A DNA stretch of 64,000 nt from Octopus sinensis (GCF_006345805.1 NC_043010.1:45632001-45696000), one strand, 5' to 3'. Shown: positions 49,166 through 62,207, counted from the stretch's first letter. Notes: generated by a model from the letters alone, not told the origin. Numbers and translations: made by a program.

Positions 49166-52035
49166 GCCTAGAGAATAACATGCTACACTGAAATTGAAAG
49201 TTATATATAAAGACATACACACATTGTCACAAACATATACTCACTGAATATTAGTCTAGTGGAATTCCATTTTATATCCACACCCTGTTTACTCTTATCT
49301 ATCCACCAAATCCTCCTCGCCATCATCATCAGTATCATCATTTAATGTCCTTCTTTATTGGCATGGGTGTCTTTATAAGTGATAGTCTCAGTCTGTTTTT
49401 GTGTGCATCATAATTAAAGAACTGTACTATAAGAAATATATATTTATGTCAAATTCTGCAAGCTTAATCTTTTTAACCTTTTGCATGGTACTACAACAAT
49501 AGATATCAAGTAAGCTTAAAAATATGGGGGGGAAAATGTAAGTATATGGCTGTATAAATAGTTGCTCAAACATGATGAAAGTATATAATTTTATAGTTTT
49601 AACTATTTGAATACCAACTTGCATGAGACTGTCTTTGATTCTATGGTACAAAAGTTACTCCTTGGAAATGTTCATATTTAAATTAAAACCTGTTATTGAA
49701 GTTCGTTTTAAGTTATGTTCTAAGCACTACTTTGATAATGAAAAGGTTAATTATTTTACTGAATACCTCCAAAAGTATCAGTTATTTTCAGAATTAATCA
49801 AAATTCATAGGCATTGTATTTTATTAGAAACATGACTGTAAAACAGCTAAAATGGAATTTGAAGAGACAAGTGATATTTTGCATTTGTTTGAAACAATTA
49901 TAAAGATGAATTTCTTTTTTTAATGCAAAGTCAGCCCTGAAACAGCAGACCAGCATGTTACCTTCTAAAAATTATTTTTTTAAATAAATTATTACTTTTA
50001 GTGGCAATAAAACTGGAGAAAATAGTTAAATTTATCAACTCTCATAGTTGTTAATATATATAATATGTAACATATATATTATATAATATATATAACATAA
50101 TATATATAATATGTAACATGTTCAACCACTATTTAATATATTGGTAAACTGTACTGGCTGATAAATCTGTCAATATTTTTGCATAGAGTTCTTTGGCGTA
50201 CAACTACTATTAAATTTTGTTGACACTGTATAAATATCTCCTGACATCAATAACTCTCCTCCTATTGATACACTTTAGTCTAGCATTTCATTTTTATTAT
50301 AACTTTTAGAAATTTATTTTCATTTTATCAAGATTCCAAATTTGGGTTTGTGTTGTAAATCTTGCAATGTTACCAGTATCTTCGAGCATTATTAGCAACA
50401 CTTTGGGGTGGAGTTGTTCTTGTTAAAAGGTTATTTTTCATTTCAGTTGCTAGTATTGAGATGATTTCTTTTAGCATTAACAAAAAACGCTTACTTTAGA
50501 AAGTAGGTTGGAATAAAATGGATTAAATTATCTCCATTATATTTTTAACTCAGAGAGGGGTATCTACTCCAATGAGATTTGAACTCAGAACAATAAGATA
50601 TTGAATTGTTTCTTTAAATTTTGTGTGGATTTGAATTTATCAAAAATATTTCTACACTAACTATATTGCTATTGTGAAATCATTTTAAACATGGTAATTG
50701 AGTTAGATCTGCAAATTCATAAATTTGCTTTAATTTCAATATAAGTGTTTTACCATCAGCTGTCTTTTAACTACAACTACTCAAGTGTGACATGGAAAAT
50801 GATGGTGAATTCTCAACTAAAGAAAACAGACAGGGAAAGTGTATTTTTGAAGTGTCAGATGTAGGATTTGAATTCATGGCTTTTTGTTATCAGTTAGCAT
50901 TTCCTACTCAATTACAACTGCACTGAACAACATTTTATATCACTGATAGTAACATTTAATGCAGAATTGGTTATTGATGTGTGATATGTAATGTAAAGAT
51001 GCTGCTTCTGAAGTTTTAGTATGGTCTCGGTCTTCAACATTGCTTTCATGAAGAAAAAGAAAGGGAAAAAAATCAAATAGTAGATAAATTTTTTCACTGG
51101 GTTGGATGATAATTCATCATTATAATATTTTCAAATACTCAGCCCGAAAGCAATGAAATGTTCACAGCAGATTTGAACCCTCAGTCTATGAATAAATATA
51201 CCAATATCATATTTGCATATTTTTCCTTTACAATGCTTGTTAGAATTATAACAAATGTGAAAAATGCAAGCATAGACTAACTAAACCCCTTTCTTTCATT
51301 AACAGTTCTTGTCCTTAAATCAAGATTATCAAATAACATCATGTTGAAGGATTTTCCCACCATTAATTTTTTTTATTCCCTGAAAAAATTTCATTTCAGC
51401 ATTATAAATCACCAAACAACACATAAATTCTTAAGTCAATGCAATAGCAATGAAATTTCCCTGATGCATCCTATCATCTTGAAAAAGGAAAGCATTGGAT
51501 TATGTAGTTCTAAATACTCTATTAACAACAACAACAACAACAAAGTCAGTTACAGCTTTTGATCACAATGGCTATTTGATCATGTTTGATTTGATCCTAA
51601 ACAATAGCAATCTATTTTTAGTTTGGTCAATATTCCATTACTGAGTCACTCTTATTTTTATTTTTTATTCCTACTTTGCATTTCATAGGAGGTGGGACAG
51701 GGAATGTTGAAGCCCTTTGCTAGGTTACAATATAGCCTAAATAATGAAATATAAAGCCATAACACTTTCAGAAGACAGCTTGCAGTTTGTCTATTACAAT
51801 TATAATGTACAAATCCAGGAGATCCAAGAATATAATGATATAAGCATAGAAAGAATTTATGATAGCTTTTCACTCATTCAATTTATATGCACTATTGTAT
51901 TACAATAACTGGCAAGAATAGCATCTCTGTCTGTTGCATCTGCCTTCTAAATTTAGCAATATTTATATTCAGCCTAATATTAGTATTTTTCTATAGTCTT
52001 TGAATCTAGATAATGCTTACTAGCAAGCTGGCACC

Positions 52036-52040
<5 letters not shown>

Positions 52041-52116
<76 letters not shown>
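52041..52116. repeat. (CT)n microsatellite
   Basis: Read directly from the sequence. Confidence 0.95.
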
Positions 52117-53029
52117 ATTCATTACCTCCATATATCCTGTCTGCAGTTTTTTTTCTCTTCATATATTTGTCTTGTCTCCCTGTTTGCTACCTCTATTACT
52201 CTTCTTTGTGTCTGCATGCTTGTTTTTATTCCCAGCATCTCCTATTCCTCTTCCTGTCTTTTGTCTCCTGCCTATTCTGTCTTCTTTGTCTTTGTCTGGC
52301 ACCCTTTTTTCATATTTTTAATATTATTTTTCTTTAGATGTATGTGTTTATGTGTACGATGTAGTTCATATGTGTTTGTAAATGTCAATCTGACTGTGTC
52401 AATTGGTCAATTATATTCCTGGGGTAGAAGGCTGAATGGAATATATCATACAGGGTTTATAGTGGAAAAATCATAGAAGGTATGGCTATAGCACAAATGG
52501 TGGGTACATCAAGTAGGCATTGACAGGTGCCATTATAACTTGCTAGTTCTGAGAAACAATGTTATAATAATATAAAAGGTAGAGTACAAACAGTGCATCC
52601 ATGAAGTATTATTGGCTGTTGAAGGTTTAGTAATCAATAAGATATCTATTTTTTGGATGTAATTCTGTAATATTTTCTTATAAATGTTTGTGTAAAGCTG
52701 CTCCATCCAGATATGTGAGCAGTGCTTTAATCTTATGATTTAAACTTCTATTGTGTAGAAAGCTGTGTTAATGCATTTTCTGACCCTAGATTAGAATTCT
52801 AGTCTTTGAAGTGCAGTTTTTGCTGCTATTGTCCTGTTGTCCACATGAAAAGTCATCAGAGATAGTGAGATCTTGTATTTTCAAAGCTTCTAGATAGGTA
52901 CTGTTCATTTAGGCTGGTAGATAAGACTTGCCTCAGAAAAAGGCTACTGCATAGTGAAGACTATGTACTGAAGAAAGTCTGGATTGGTCAAAAAGACTGA
53001 ACCCCAAGTTACACAATCATTAATAAAAT

Positions 53030-53590
53030 AAGTTTTATGACATCTCAAGCATCATCAAACAGCAAGATAAAAATATTCACGGATGATTTCAAGCTCCAGA
53101 AGATTGTCAATGAAGAAGATCAAACTGAGCTCCAGTCTGATCTGCATGCTGTAAGCCAATAGCAGACAAAAACAACATGCAGGTAAATGAGGGGAAATTT
53201 GAACTTATGCACTCTGGAAAAAAAAATATGCTCAAACAACCATATCCTCTTCCTTCAGGGGAACTACTCACAGCATCCAATAATGTCAGGAACCTAGGAG
53301 TGATTGTTAATCTCAGCTGGAGTGTTCACATCATCAATAAAGTCAATATGGCTCGCAGAATGAGTTCCTAGATGCCCAAAACTTTCTGGCCCAGAGAGCA
53401 AGATGATGTCATTCCCCTTTTCTTCTCAGTACAGCCACACCAAACAAAACATTATGAGAATTGAGTCACTCCAGAGAGCAATTAGTAAAAATAAAATTAA
53501 AAGACATGACTGATCTTGATTATTGGAACCACCTTAAAACATTGAAACTTTATTCTCTCCAGTACCACCATGAGCACTGCATTATTTGCG
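53030..53590 (+). mobile_element. CR1/L2-like LINE reverse-transcriptase fragment, degenerate
   Basis: Frameshifted translation DISSII-SKIKIFTDDFKLQK...ELQSDLHAVSQ* / MQVNEGKFELMH...VRNLGVIVNLSWSVHIINKVNMARRMSS / ESLQRAISK...DYWNHLKTLKLYSLQ. FTDD is a degenerate FADD catalytic motif. Confidence 0.8.
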
Positions 53591-53781
53591 ACTTAAGAGA
53601 TCCTCTCAGGTGGTGCTATTAAGTTAGACATGGTCTGCACCAGTCTTTGGCCAACCCATATCTAAGTTATCTAATTGCAATAGAGTTATTTGACAAGAAG
53701 CTTCTAGAAGTGAGCAAAAGCAATAAGTCAGTGAGTGTTGCCATTTCTTGAAGATGAGAGAAACCTTGGTATGATTCTATA

Positions 53782-54014
53782 AAGGCAGCAAGCTGGCAGA
53801 AACATTAGCACGCCGGGCAAAATGTCTAGCAGTATTTCGTCTGCCGTTGTGTTCTGAGTTCAAATTCCGCCGAGGTCGACTTTGCCTTTCATCCTTTCGG
53901 GCTCGATAAATTAAGTACCAGTTATGCACTGGGATCGATGTAATCGACTTAATCCGTTTGTCTGTCCTTGTTTGTCCACTCTATGTTTAGCCCCTTGTGG
54001 GTAGTAAAGAAATA
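53782..54014 (+). mobile_element. Young full-length SINE family B with TSD
   Basis: tRNA-like head with B box gagttcaaattcc and CpG-rich core; flanking gattctat at 53773-53780 and 54015-54022. Confidence 0.92.
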
Positions 54015-54657
54015 GATTCTATATATTGTTTTGTAGATAACTATTGAGAAAAAGTCTGAAGATAAAAAGCCTGCTCATGTGTAGACTTTGGGTTCTGCAT
54101 GAGTGAAGAAACGAAAGGTTTATAAAGGGTTGTGTGACAGGTAATGGGGAATGGGCAGATGTGTGGGAGTGGGGGAGTGGGTGAGAGTGGGTGTGTATAA
54201 GTATAGAATGGTGTTAGATGTTAAGCAGACAGTAAATATGTTGACTCGATCTGTCACTTTGCTGGCATCAATCTTTCTCAAGGTGCAGTGACTGTAAGCT
54301 ACTTGTTTACATCTTAATTTACCACCTTAGACTCAGTGTAAATATTTTAATTTGTCAAGCTTTTAACAATTTTCATTTTTTTAATATATTGACAGAGAAA
54401 GTTAGTGTACACTTAATTAAAGTGGCTGAATGCTAAAATTATTTATTCTTTTTATTTTCTTTGAAATTGTACTAAAGGAATAAACTGTGAGTTCAGTAGC
54501 TGGAAGAAATAGACATGGTTAATAGATTTGTCATTTTTATTTCATTATTTTGTGGAAATTTGTTTATGTATATGTGTGTGTGTGTAATATCAACATTGGC
54601 TGTTCCTCATGTCTGAGAATTTCAATTTTCTCTTGATTGGTTTTGATTACTGAGAAG

Positions 54658-54693
54658 GCCAACCTTTATATAAAACAGGCATGAACAAAGATG
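54658..54693 (+). CDS. Candidate 36-nt exon QPLYKTGMNKD, phase 1-1
   Basis: Pyrimidine-rich tract followed by tgagaag; donor G|gtaagg; phase compatible with the 47991 donor. Confidence 0.25.
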
Positions 54694-54829
54694 GTAAGGA
54701 CGATTGCTAGAGAACATAGTTGTTGTATCTTGCAGTTTGCTTTTCAACTTTTTTTTTAGTTGTCTTCAAAAAGGTCAATCTCAATAGTGATAAGGTGATG
54801 TGATTTGGAAAAGTTTTGGGTTCCCACTT

Positions 54830-55005
54830 TACACACACACACACAGAGCTTCCATACAGTTTCTATCCACCAGCTTGACTTAGAAAATATTGATCAACTC
54901 AATTCTGTGGAAGAAAACACTTGTTCAAGGTACAATTATGGTGAGACTGAATCCAGTGGCATGTATTTCCAAAGCAAAATTCTTAACCATGCTTCTGTAT
55001 GTGTG
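54830..55005 (-). mobile_element. SINE family A, degenerate 5' part
   Basis: cagtttctatccacc...aaaacacttgttcaagg...gagactgaatcc...cttaaccatgc. Confidence 0.55.
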
Positions 55006-58000
55006 TGTAAATAGAGGAACCCAGGTCTGTTCCAACTGACTTGATTCAATTACTACCAGAACTGACTTTTTTGAAATCAAAGGGAAAAAGAAAATTTGAA
55101 GAAAAATGTATAGAATGTTGATATCCACTTTTCCCTGCTTGCATTGGTTGGACAGTATATATTGAGGCAGATGTTCTCTGGTTGTATGCTCTTCCTGTCT
55201 CCAAGCATCACCTTAGCAAGCTAATATTTCCCATGGCCAAGCTTGTATTCACAGAATATTCAAAACAAATGGTGTTGCTTGTATGGCAGTGACACTCATT
55301 TACAGCTATCACCCAATGTCAAGACAAGGAAACACAAATACACACACACTTTCATGGATTCAGGTATATCTGCAAGGGAGTATATGGAGACAGTAACAGC
55401 AAAAAATGTTATTAATGAATGTAACCATTTTTATTGTTTTTGCCTGTTCCCTTTATATCACGAAGAAATGTCAATATTTTGAAATTGATACAAAATAATA
55501 ATGGACAAATTAGCCTCTGTGTATTGCTTTGAAAAACATTGACAACTATTGCTTCCTTAGCAATGAGGCAAAAAGCTTTTAGTCTAATGGATAACTTAAT
55601 GATTGATGCACTATCATATACTGGCTCTAGATCTTCTACTGAAAATGTAAACATTAAAAAAAAAAAAGCATAGTTTTATTTTGTATTTTTAAAATGTTTT
55701 TTGTCTAAAAGAAAGTTTCTATGGTGGACACAGAAAATGTCTATGCAAAACGTTTATGTAAATTCACCAAAATCTTAATGCTAAACTTGCTGATTTTCTT
55801 GTCACCTATTTAACTTCGTTTCATTGTGTGTTGATTCTGTTTGTGAAACTCTTAGTTGACTTAATATTCATTAATGTGCTCTTTTTTATCACCAACATTT
55901 TCCATTGTAAAATCTAAATAGTTGTTTTTTTTTATTGATTGTGTATAAGTTGTGTATTATATTGCATTAATATACATTTACAGTTGGATGCACTTCCTTA
56001 TGCTAGCCAGTGAACTGTAAAATAGAGGTGATAGCTATTTTCCAGTCTATCTGACTGATGCAAGTAGAGGATTGTACCTTTCATAAGGGGTGTAATGTGT
56101 GCTGATACAGATATTTGAACTTGATATTTACAGTCTGGTACTTCAGCAGCGTTTATCTTCCAGCGTTGGAATTTTTTTTTTTTCTATGATTAAAATTTGA
56201 AAGCTGAAGAAAACAAGATAAAATCAGTCATGGTTAAAAAATTACGTGAGCTATTTGTGAAATTATATGAAAAATATATTTGTTTTAGAATCTTTTATGT
56301 AACTTTTTTTTAGAATAATTCATATATATGTAGTCTTTCTACTATCCAGACATGTTATAAGTATCAGTTATATACTATGATTGAATAAAACAACTATACA
56401 TCTTTTGACAAAATATTATGCTCTGAAAAACTCATTACTGTTATAATTTGTATATCAGTGACCATGGCTGTACCCAAACCAGGACCACAGGGAAACTATC
56501 TTGGCTGTGATGCAATATCCACTTACATACTCCTATGCTTAATACCTCCTGTTGTTTATAGTAACATGAAGTTTCTCAATGACAGCACTGCTTTACCAAA
56601 TGATATATTCACATCAGGAAAGCAGTTACACACCTTTATCCCTCTCATAGTTCTCTTTAGAAACTTTTGGATTTTTGTTTTGTCATGCAATATATAGAAA
56701 TTAAGTGAATACATATGTTACTGCCAGTCTCACATTTAGAGTAATGTGATTGTGAATTTCATTGCCCTTACAACTTCCAGCTGAATGAAAAAGACATGCA
56801 TTCACAGAATTCTTTACATATATTGCCGTATATAATGTCTTCCAATTAACATGCGGTTTTTCTTCCTTTTTATCCAGTATATCTATAATCAGCAGAAACA
56901 AAATCAAAAACGTTTTATATTTGAATATCCTAATAACTTCAGGAAAATGTTATAATTAATGAGACATTCTATTTATAAAATATCAATTCAAACTGCATAG
57001 ACTTGTTAATAAGTATTTTATTCACAATGGATGATAAATTCCACTTCTCGTGTGACTCAGATATCTGGGGAAATGTGCATTAGGAGAAAATATTGAATAG
57101 TTTGGAGTTGGAGACAGACAAATTAAACAAGGCGAAGTTTTCTATTCTCTTGTTCATTTAGTAGGCCAAGTGGATCATTTGTAACATGTATTGAGGCAGG
57201 ACACCTAATCTTATATGCCTAGGCTCACCTAGAGGTCAGCACAGCTATTGGATTATCTAGGAGTAATAGCCACAGTAGACTGGCATGCTATCTCATCTGC
57301 ATAACACCATGAAACCGGAGTTAGGGGCCAGCATTAAATTTGCATTTAATACTTGGGATTAATAAGAACTGCTATATCATCATCAACCTCAGTAATATGC
57401 TAATGCATGGTTCATATCAACATTTGCCCTGTGTCACATTAGGATTAATCTGCTGCAAAATGTAATGATACTTTTAGATTAGCCTATTCATATTTGTGAA
57501 CTCAAGGAGTAAAGGAAAGATAAAAAGAAGACAAGAAAATATAAAAGTGAAGAAGTCATTTTATTAAATGCTTATCTAAGTCTGTTGGAATGTTTAATGT
57601 GTTTGTGTCTTGATTTAAAAAAAATTCATTTAGAAAAGCAATTAAAATATCAAAGAGTAACAAAAACAAAACATGCATAATATTTACACAAGATATTTGT
57701 GCTAGTGAGCCAAAGATCAATGTTTTCATTATTCACAGCATTAAAATCAATATCTTTTTATCAATGGTTTTTAGCTCTATAAGCCAGCATGTCAGTTCAT
57801 AATTTCATTGTAGCACTATATTAGCCAACAATAAACTGAATTAAGTGAATATTGATTGCAAAAAAGTGTATATAAATAGATATATATGAAAAGAAAAACC
57901 TGCTGATGTCATTATTGTTATTTTATTATTATTTGTGGTCTGATAGAAAGATGATTATTATTATTATTCCAGTAGTCTTATTTTTATTGCATGCTCTTAC

Positions 58001-58235
58001 TGCATAATTGAGCATAGCTTCATGTGTTTTGGCTATGAGCACTGTAGGTTTTAATTTCATTTATTGAGAGTACTTTATGTAATGTCTAGAAGTGCTACGT
58101 TCAGTAAAATATATATGGATTTTTGTTATATATTTGTACTTTTTTTTTATCAATTGCAAACTATCTATTATCACTAGGATTAGATCTGTCTTACAATTCT
58201 TCCATTCAAACCACCTCTATTACCAGAGCTTTACA

Positions 58236-58325
58236 CTTCTTCTTCTTCTTCTTCTTATTATTATTATTATTATTATTATTATCATTATTATTATTATTAT
58301 TTCTATTCTTCTTCTTCTTCTTCTA
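58236..58325. repeat. (CTT)n-(TTA)n-(CTT)n compound microsatellite
   Basis: Read directly from the sequence. Confidence 0.9.
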
Positions 58326-58692
58326 CAACATAAAGTGTCTCAATCTTAGCCCAACATAACCAAGTAAGAATCAAAGTAAGAAAGCTTTTTGGGAAATATG
58401 ACTGTAAAAATTCAAAAGTAAATGCTCAAACTGACTGTGGAGGTATTAAGTGCTGAATATAGAAATTGATATTGTCAGAATGTTTATAGTGTAGTAGTAG
58501 TTACACTGGATCCACAGAGGGGATTCATGGATTTGACTCCCACTGGACCCTTACTTTTTATTCACTTCTGTGGTTTACTTTGTGTTTTGGTGTCACTGTT
58601 TAAAAATGTAAACACAAATTTACTAATTCACACCAATGGAATGAAATATAACAAGAAAGAAAAAATATTATTATTATTGTTATTATTATTAT

Positions 58693-59500
58693 TAAGGCAT
58701 TGAGCTGGCAGAATTGTTAGCATGCAAGATAAAATGGTTAGCGACATTTCATCTGTCTTCACGTTTTGAGTTCAGATTCTGCTGAGGTCAACTTTGCCTT
58801 TCATCCTTTCAGGGTTTATAAAATAAGTATCAGTTGTGTACTGGTGGTGGTTTTTTATATTATTTTTCGATGTAATCACCTTTCCCCTCTCTCCAAATTT
58901 CAGGCCTTGTGCCTATAATTGAAAGGATTATTATTATTAAAGCATGAGCTGGCAGAATCATTAAAAGGCCAAGCAAAATGCTTAATGGCATTTCATGGGG
59001 TTGATGTAATTGACTTATCCCCTCTCCTGAAATTGCTGGCCTTGTGCCAAAATTTGAAAACATTATTACTATTATTATTAAAGTAGTTGACTTGCAGACA
59101 TGTTAGCATGCCAAGCAAAATGTTCAGGGGCATTTCGCCCGTCTTTACATTCTGAGTTCAAATTCCACTGGGATTACTTTTGGCTTTCATCCTTTCAGGG
59201 TCGCTAAAATAAGTAACAGTTGAAACTGGGGTCAATGTAATTGGCTTGCTCCCTCCCCTGAAACTGCTGGCCTTGTACCAAAGTTTGAAAATGATAGCAA
59301 CCTGGCATAACCATTAGAGTATTGGACAAAACATTTAGCAGCATTTCATCTGGTTCTGTACATTTTGAGTTCAAATCCTGCTGAGGTTAACGTTACCTTC
59401 CATCCTTTCAAGGTTGATAAGCCAATTGAACAAGGGGGCAGGAGTTCAATGTAATCAACTTTCTCCTTACCTTGAAATTGCTGGCCTTGTACCAAAGTTA
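58693..59500 (+). mobile_element. Four head-to-tail SINE family B copies
   Basis: Heads at about 58693, 58939, 59080 and 59295, separated by (ATT)n tails in the first cases; copy 2 lacks the B-box/core segment. Confidence 0.85.
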
Positions 59501-59699
59501 CCATTAATATTTCATTTGCTAAGTTCCCTTCCCATCTTTCACCTCAGGTACCAAACAAATGCATATTCCTGTGTTAGAACTTCCTCTCTTAGGATTACTA
59601 TTGTATCTTGGTGTTTCTACCTCTCACCCATGTACCACCAGGTAATCAACAGTTAACATGGACCACCTGATGTGTAAACAGATTTATCTACTTTCTAGA

Positions 59700-60340
59700 A
59701 TTGATTAACAAACCAACTCCATTGACACAACAAAATTCTTTCACTTTTCCATTCTAAACTATACCTGCCCACATCCATCAAGGGCTCCCTCAAAAACTAC
59801 CCTTTCTCCTTTCCACATGCTCATCATCATCATCATTTGATGTTCTTTTACCATGGTCCATGTGAATGCTTTCCCACCACCACCACCACAACAAGCTTTC
59901 TCATCTGATAAAAAACATGAATATTTTTCATTGGTTTTTCCATTGCACACAAGGCCTAATTTTTTGCTTCAACACCTTACCTATATCTGGAGTGTATCCT
60001 GAGTTGATATTCACCAAGAGCTTCAGTTTCACCACCGTCAATTTTCTACTCACTCTAATCACACTCACTGCACCATCAATGACTCTACAGAAATCAAGGT
60101 GCAAACACCATACACACTTCCTGAACACCCTTGTCACACAAACTTGTCTTTCAATCCCTGGCTTCTCTTTACCACTTTCATACCAGTTTTCTTCCCTCTC
60201 ATCTCCTGAATACTATAGGATGTACATGTTTTTTCAGACAATTACCTTCACTTCTTGTTATTTTCCTGACATCATCCTTACATTCCACTTCCCAAAACTT
60301 ATAGTCTCCACAAGTGACATTGGGTACTTGGGTACTTGGC
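59700..60340 (-). mobile_element. RTE-clade LINE AP-endonuclease (5') fragment, degenerate
   Basis: Broken translation SFGKWNVRMMSGK (cf. GTWNVxTL) and SVIRVSRKLTVVKLK--VNINSGYTP (cf. RVS-RI-x-VISAYAP). Confidence 0.55.
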
Positions 60341-61607
60341 CATCATAAATTGACTGAATTCGTTCCTTGCTTAATTTGGTTCTTTACCTTGAGTTTTCTG
60401 AGAGAGAGAATGGTGACCCTTCCATAAGGTACTTCGGGCTATACCTTATCCATATATAAATCATAATTTTTTCTTACCTTAGTTTATATCAAGATACAAT
60501 ACATATACTTCTTAACTTCTTATCTAACTTTCATAAACAGAGGCTGCTTTATTGCTAATCCTTGTGATAGCAATCTGGTTAGCGAACAATCTACTGACTA
60601 CATACCTGCATTTTGAGATGAGTTATTTATGCTTATTACATGTTTTTTTTTTGTCCTTATACTGCCACTCCCTTTATCTATTTATATATTTTTTATTAGT
60701 ATGTTAGCTAATCATTTTCAGGGGCCATTTATACATTGTTTAAACCCCATAGAAGCATATGTGCATGTATGTGTGAAAATATGATACTCTAAGAAGAGCA
60801 AAGAATAAACTGATTACAATAAAGCTGAGGTGAAATACATAATCAGTTTTTATTATATTATTGACCGCACATTCAAAGTTTGTTCTTTACATAACAGTTA
60901 ATGAATTCAATTATGTCTCCTTGCTTTAAACTTTCTCAATACTCTGTTTTCTAACAAAACAGTTTTATTGTAGTACATTCTTTGCTCTTTTCAGTAGCCT
61001 TTACAAACAATGCCGTCAATGGAGCTTTTTCAACAGTCTAGGTGTGGGAGATAGATATTGCTAACAGGCATTCTTATTTCCAACACAAATACACTGAAGC
61101 ATCTGACTGTACTAACCATATTAAAGAACATATGAAGAAATAGTAATTATTGATATCTTTCCTAGACACCTCATATTCATGATCAAAACAGAAATAACTT
61201 GATGCCGTTTTCAATGACATTAACAGAAGTGTGTGTTGGTGTCTAATTACTAAAAATTTTAACTAATGTACCACTGGGAGCTTTAAACAAAGAAAATTAA
61301 AAAAACAACTTTGTTGTGTGTTCTATAGAAGAAAAGTTTTAAGAAAATGTCTAATACTTGCCTTTAATAGACAAAGGATAACTGGGAACTGAAAGCAGAC
61401 AGTGCTCATAGTTTACCAAGATCCTATTTTTGCTTATCTTGAATTCCTTTGAAGAAGTCTTTTAGTCCCCAATTTGAGTGACATTCAGAAGAATAAATGA
61501 AAAATATATAATCATAAGCTTCAATGTTAAGGAAAATATCTCTATGATTTTTTCATTGAAAGAGCAGTTATGGTGAGGAAGTGAAATTGCAGATAATACT
61601 TTATTAT

Positions 61608-61904
61608 TATTCTTTCACTTGTTTCAATCATTTGACTGCAGCCATGCTGGAGCACCGCTTTTAGGCAAGCAAATTGACCCCAGGACTTATTCTTTGTAAG
61701 CCTAGTACTTATTCTAATGGTCTCTTTTGCTGAACCACTAAGTTACAGGGATGTAAACACACCAGCATCGGTTGTCAAGCGATGTTGGGGGGTGGAGACA
61801 AACACAGACATACAAACACATACATACAATGTGCTTCAGTGGGACTGAACCTAGAACTATGTGGTTGGTAAGCAAGCTACTTATCACACAGCCACTCCTG
61901 CACC
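61608..61904 (-). mobile_element. SINE family A with internal deletion
   Basis: Head gcaggagtggctgtgtgataag joined directly to the microsatellite and 3' half; the segment gcaccttggg...gaagcc is missing. Confidence 0.85.
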
Positions 61905-62115
61905 TGTTATTTATTTCTATTTTATTTTCTTTTTTTCTTTTCAATGAAATATTTTATTAGTTTATGTCTTTCTTTCACTTCATGGGTGGGTTGCTAGAGT
62001 TAAGAAGAAATTAAAAAGTGATAGAAAATCCTCATGGTTTCAATGTATGCTTCTCAGAAGGTAAAAAAAAGCAAAAAACAATGATAAACCCTGAATTATA
62101 TTTTCCCTTACTTTT

Positions 62116-62120
<5 letters not shown>

Positions 62121-62193
<73 letters not shown>

Positions 62194-62207
62194 TTCTCTC
62201 CCTCTCT

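Noticed and set aside
54478-54486. 9-nt micro-exon (aaag|GAATAAACT|gtgagt)
   Set aside because: Joining to the nearest upstream candidate exon creates TGA; unsupported.
55412-55654. Minus exon VEDLEPVYDSASIIK... and mirrored plus exon MRQKAFSLMDN...
   Set aside because: Both strands look equally plausible and neither has a strong donor; cannot be supported without expression data.
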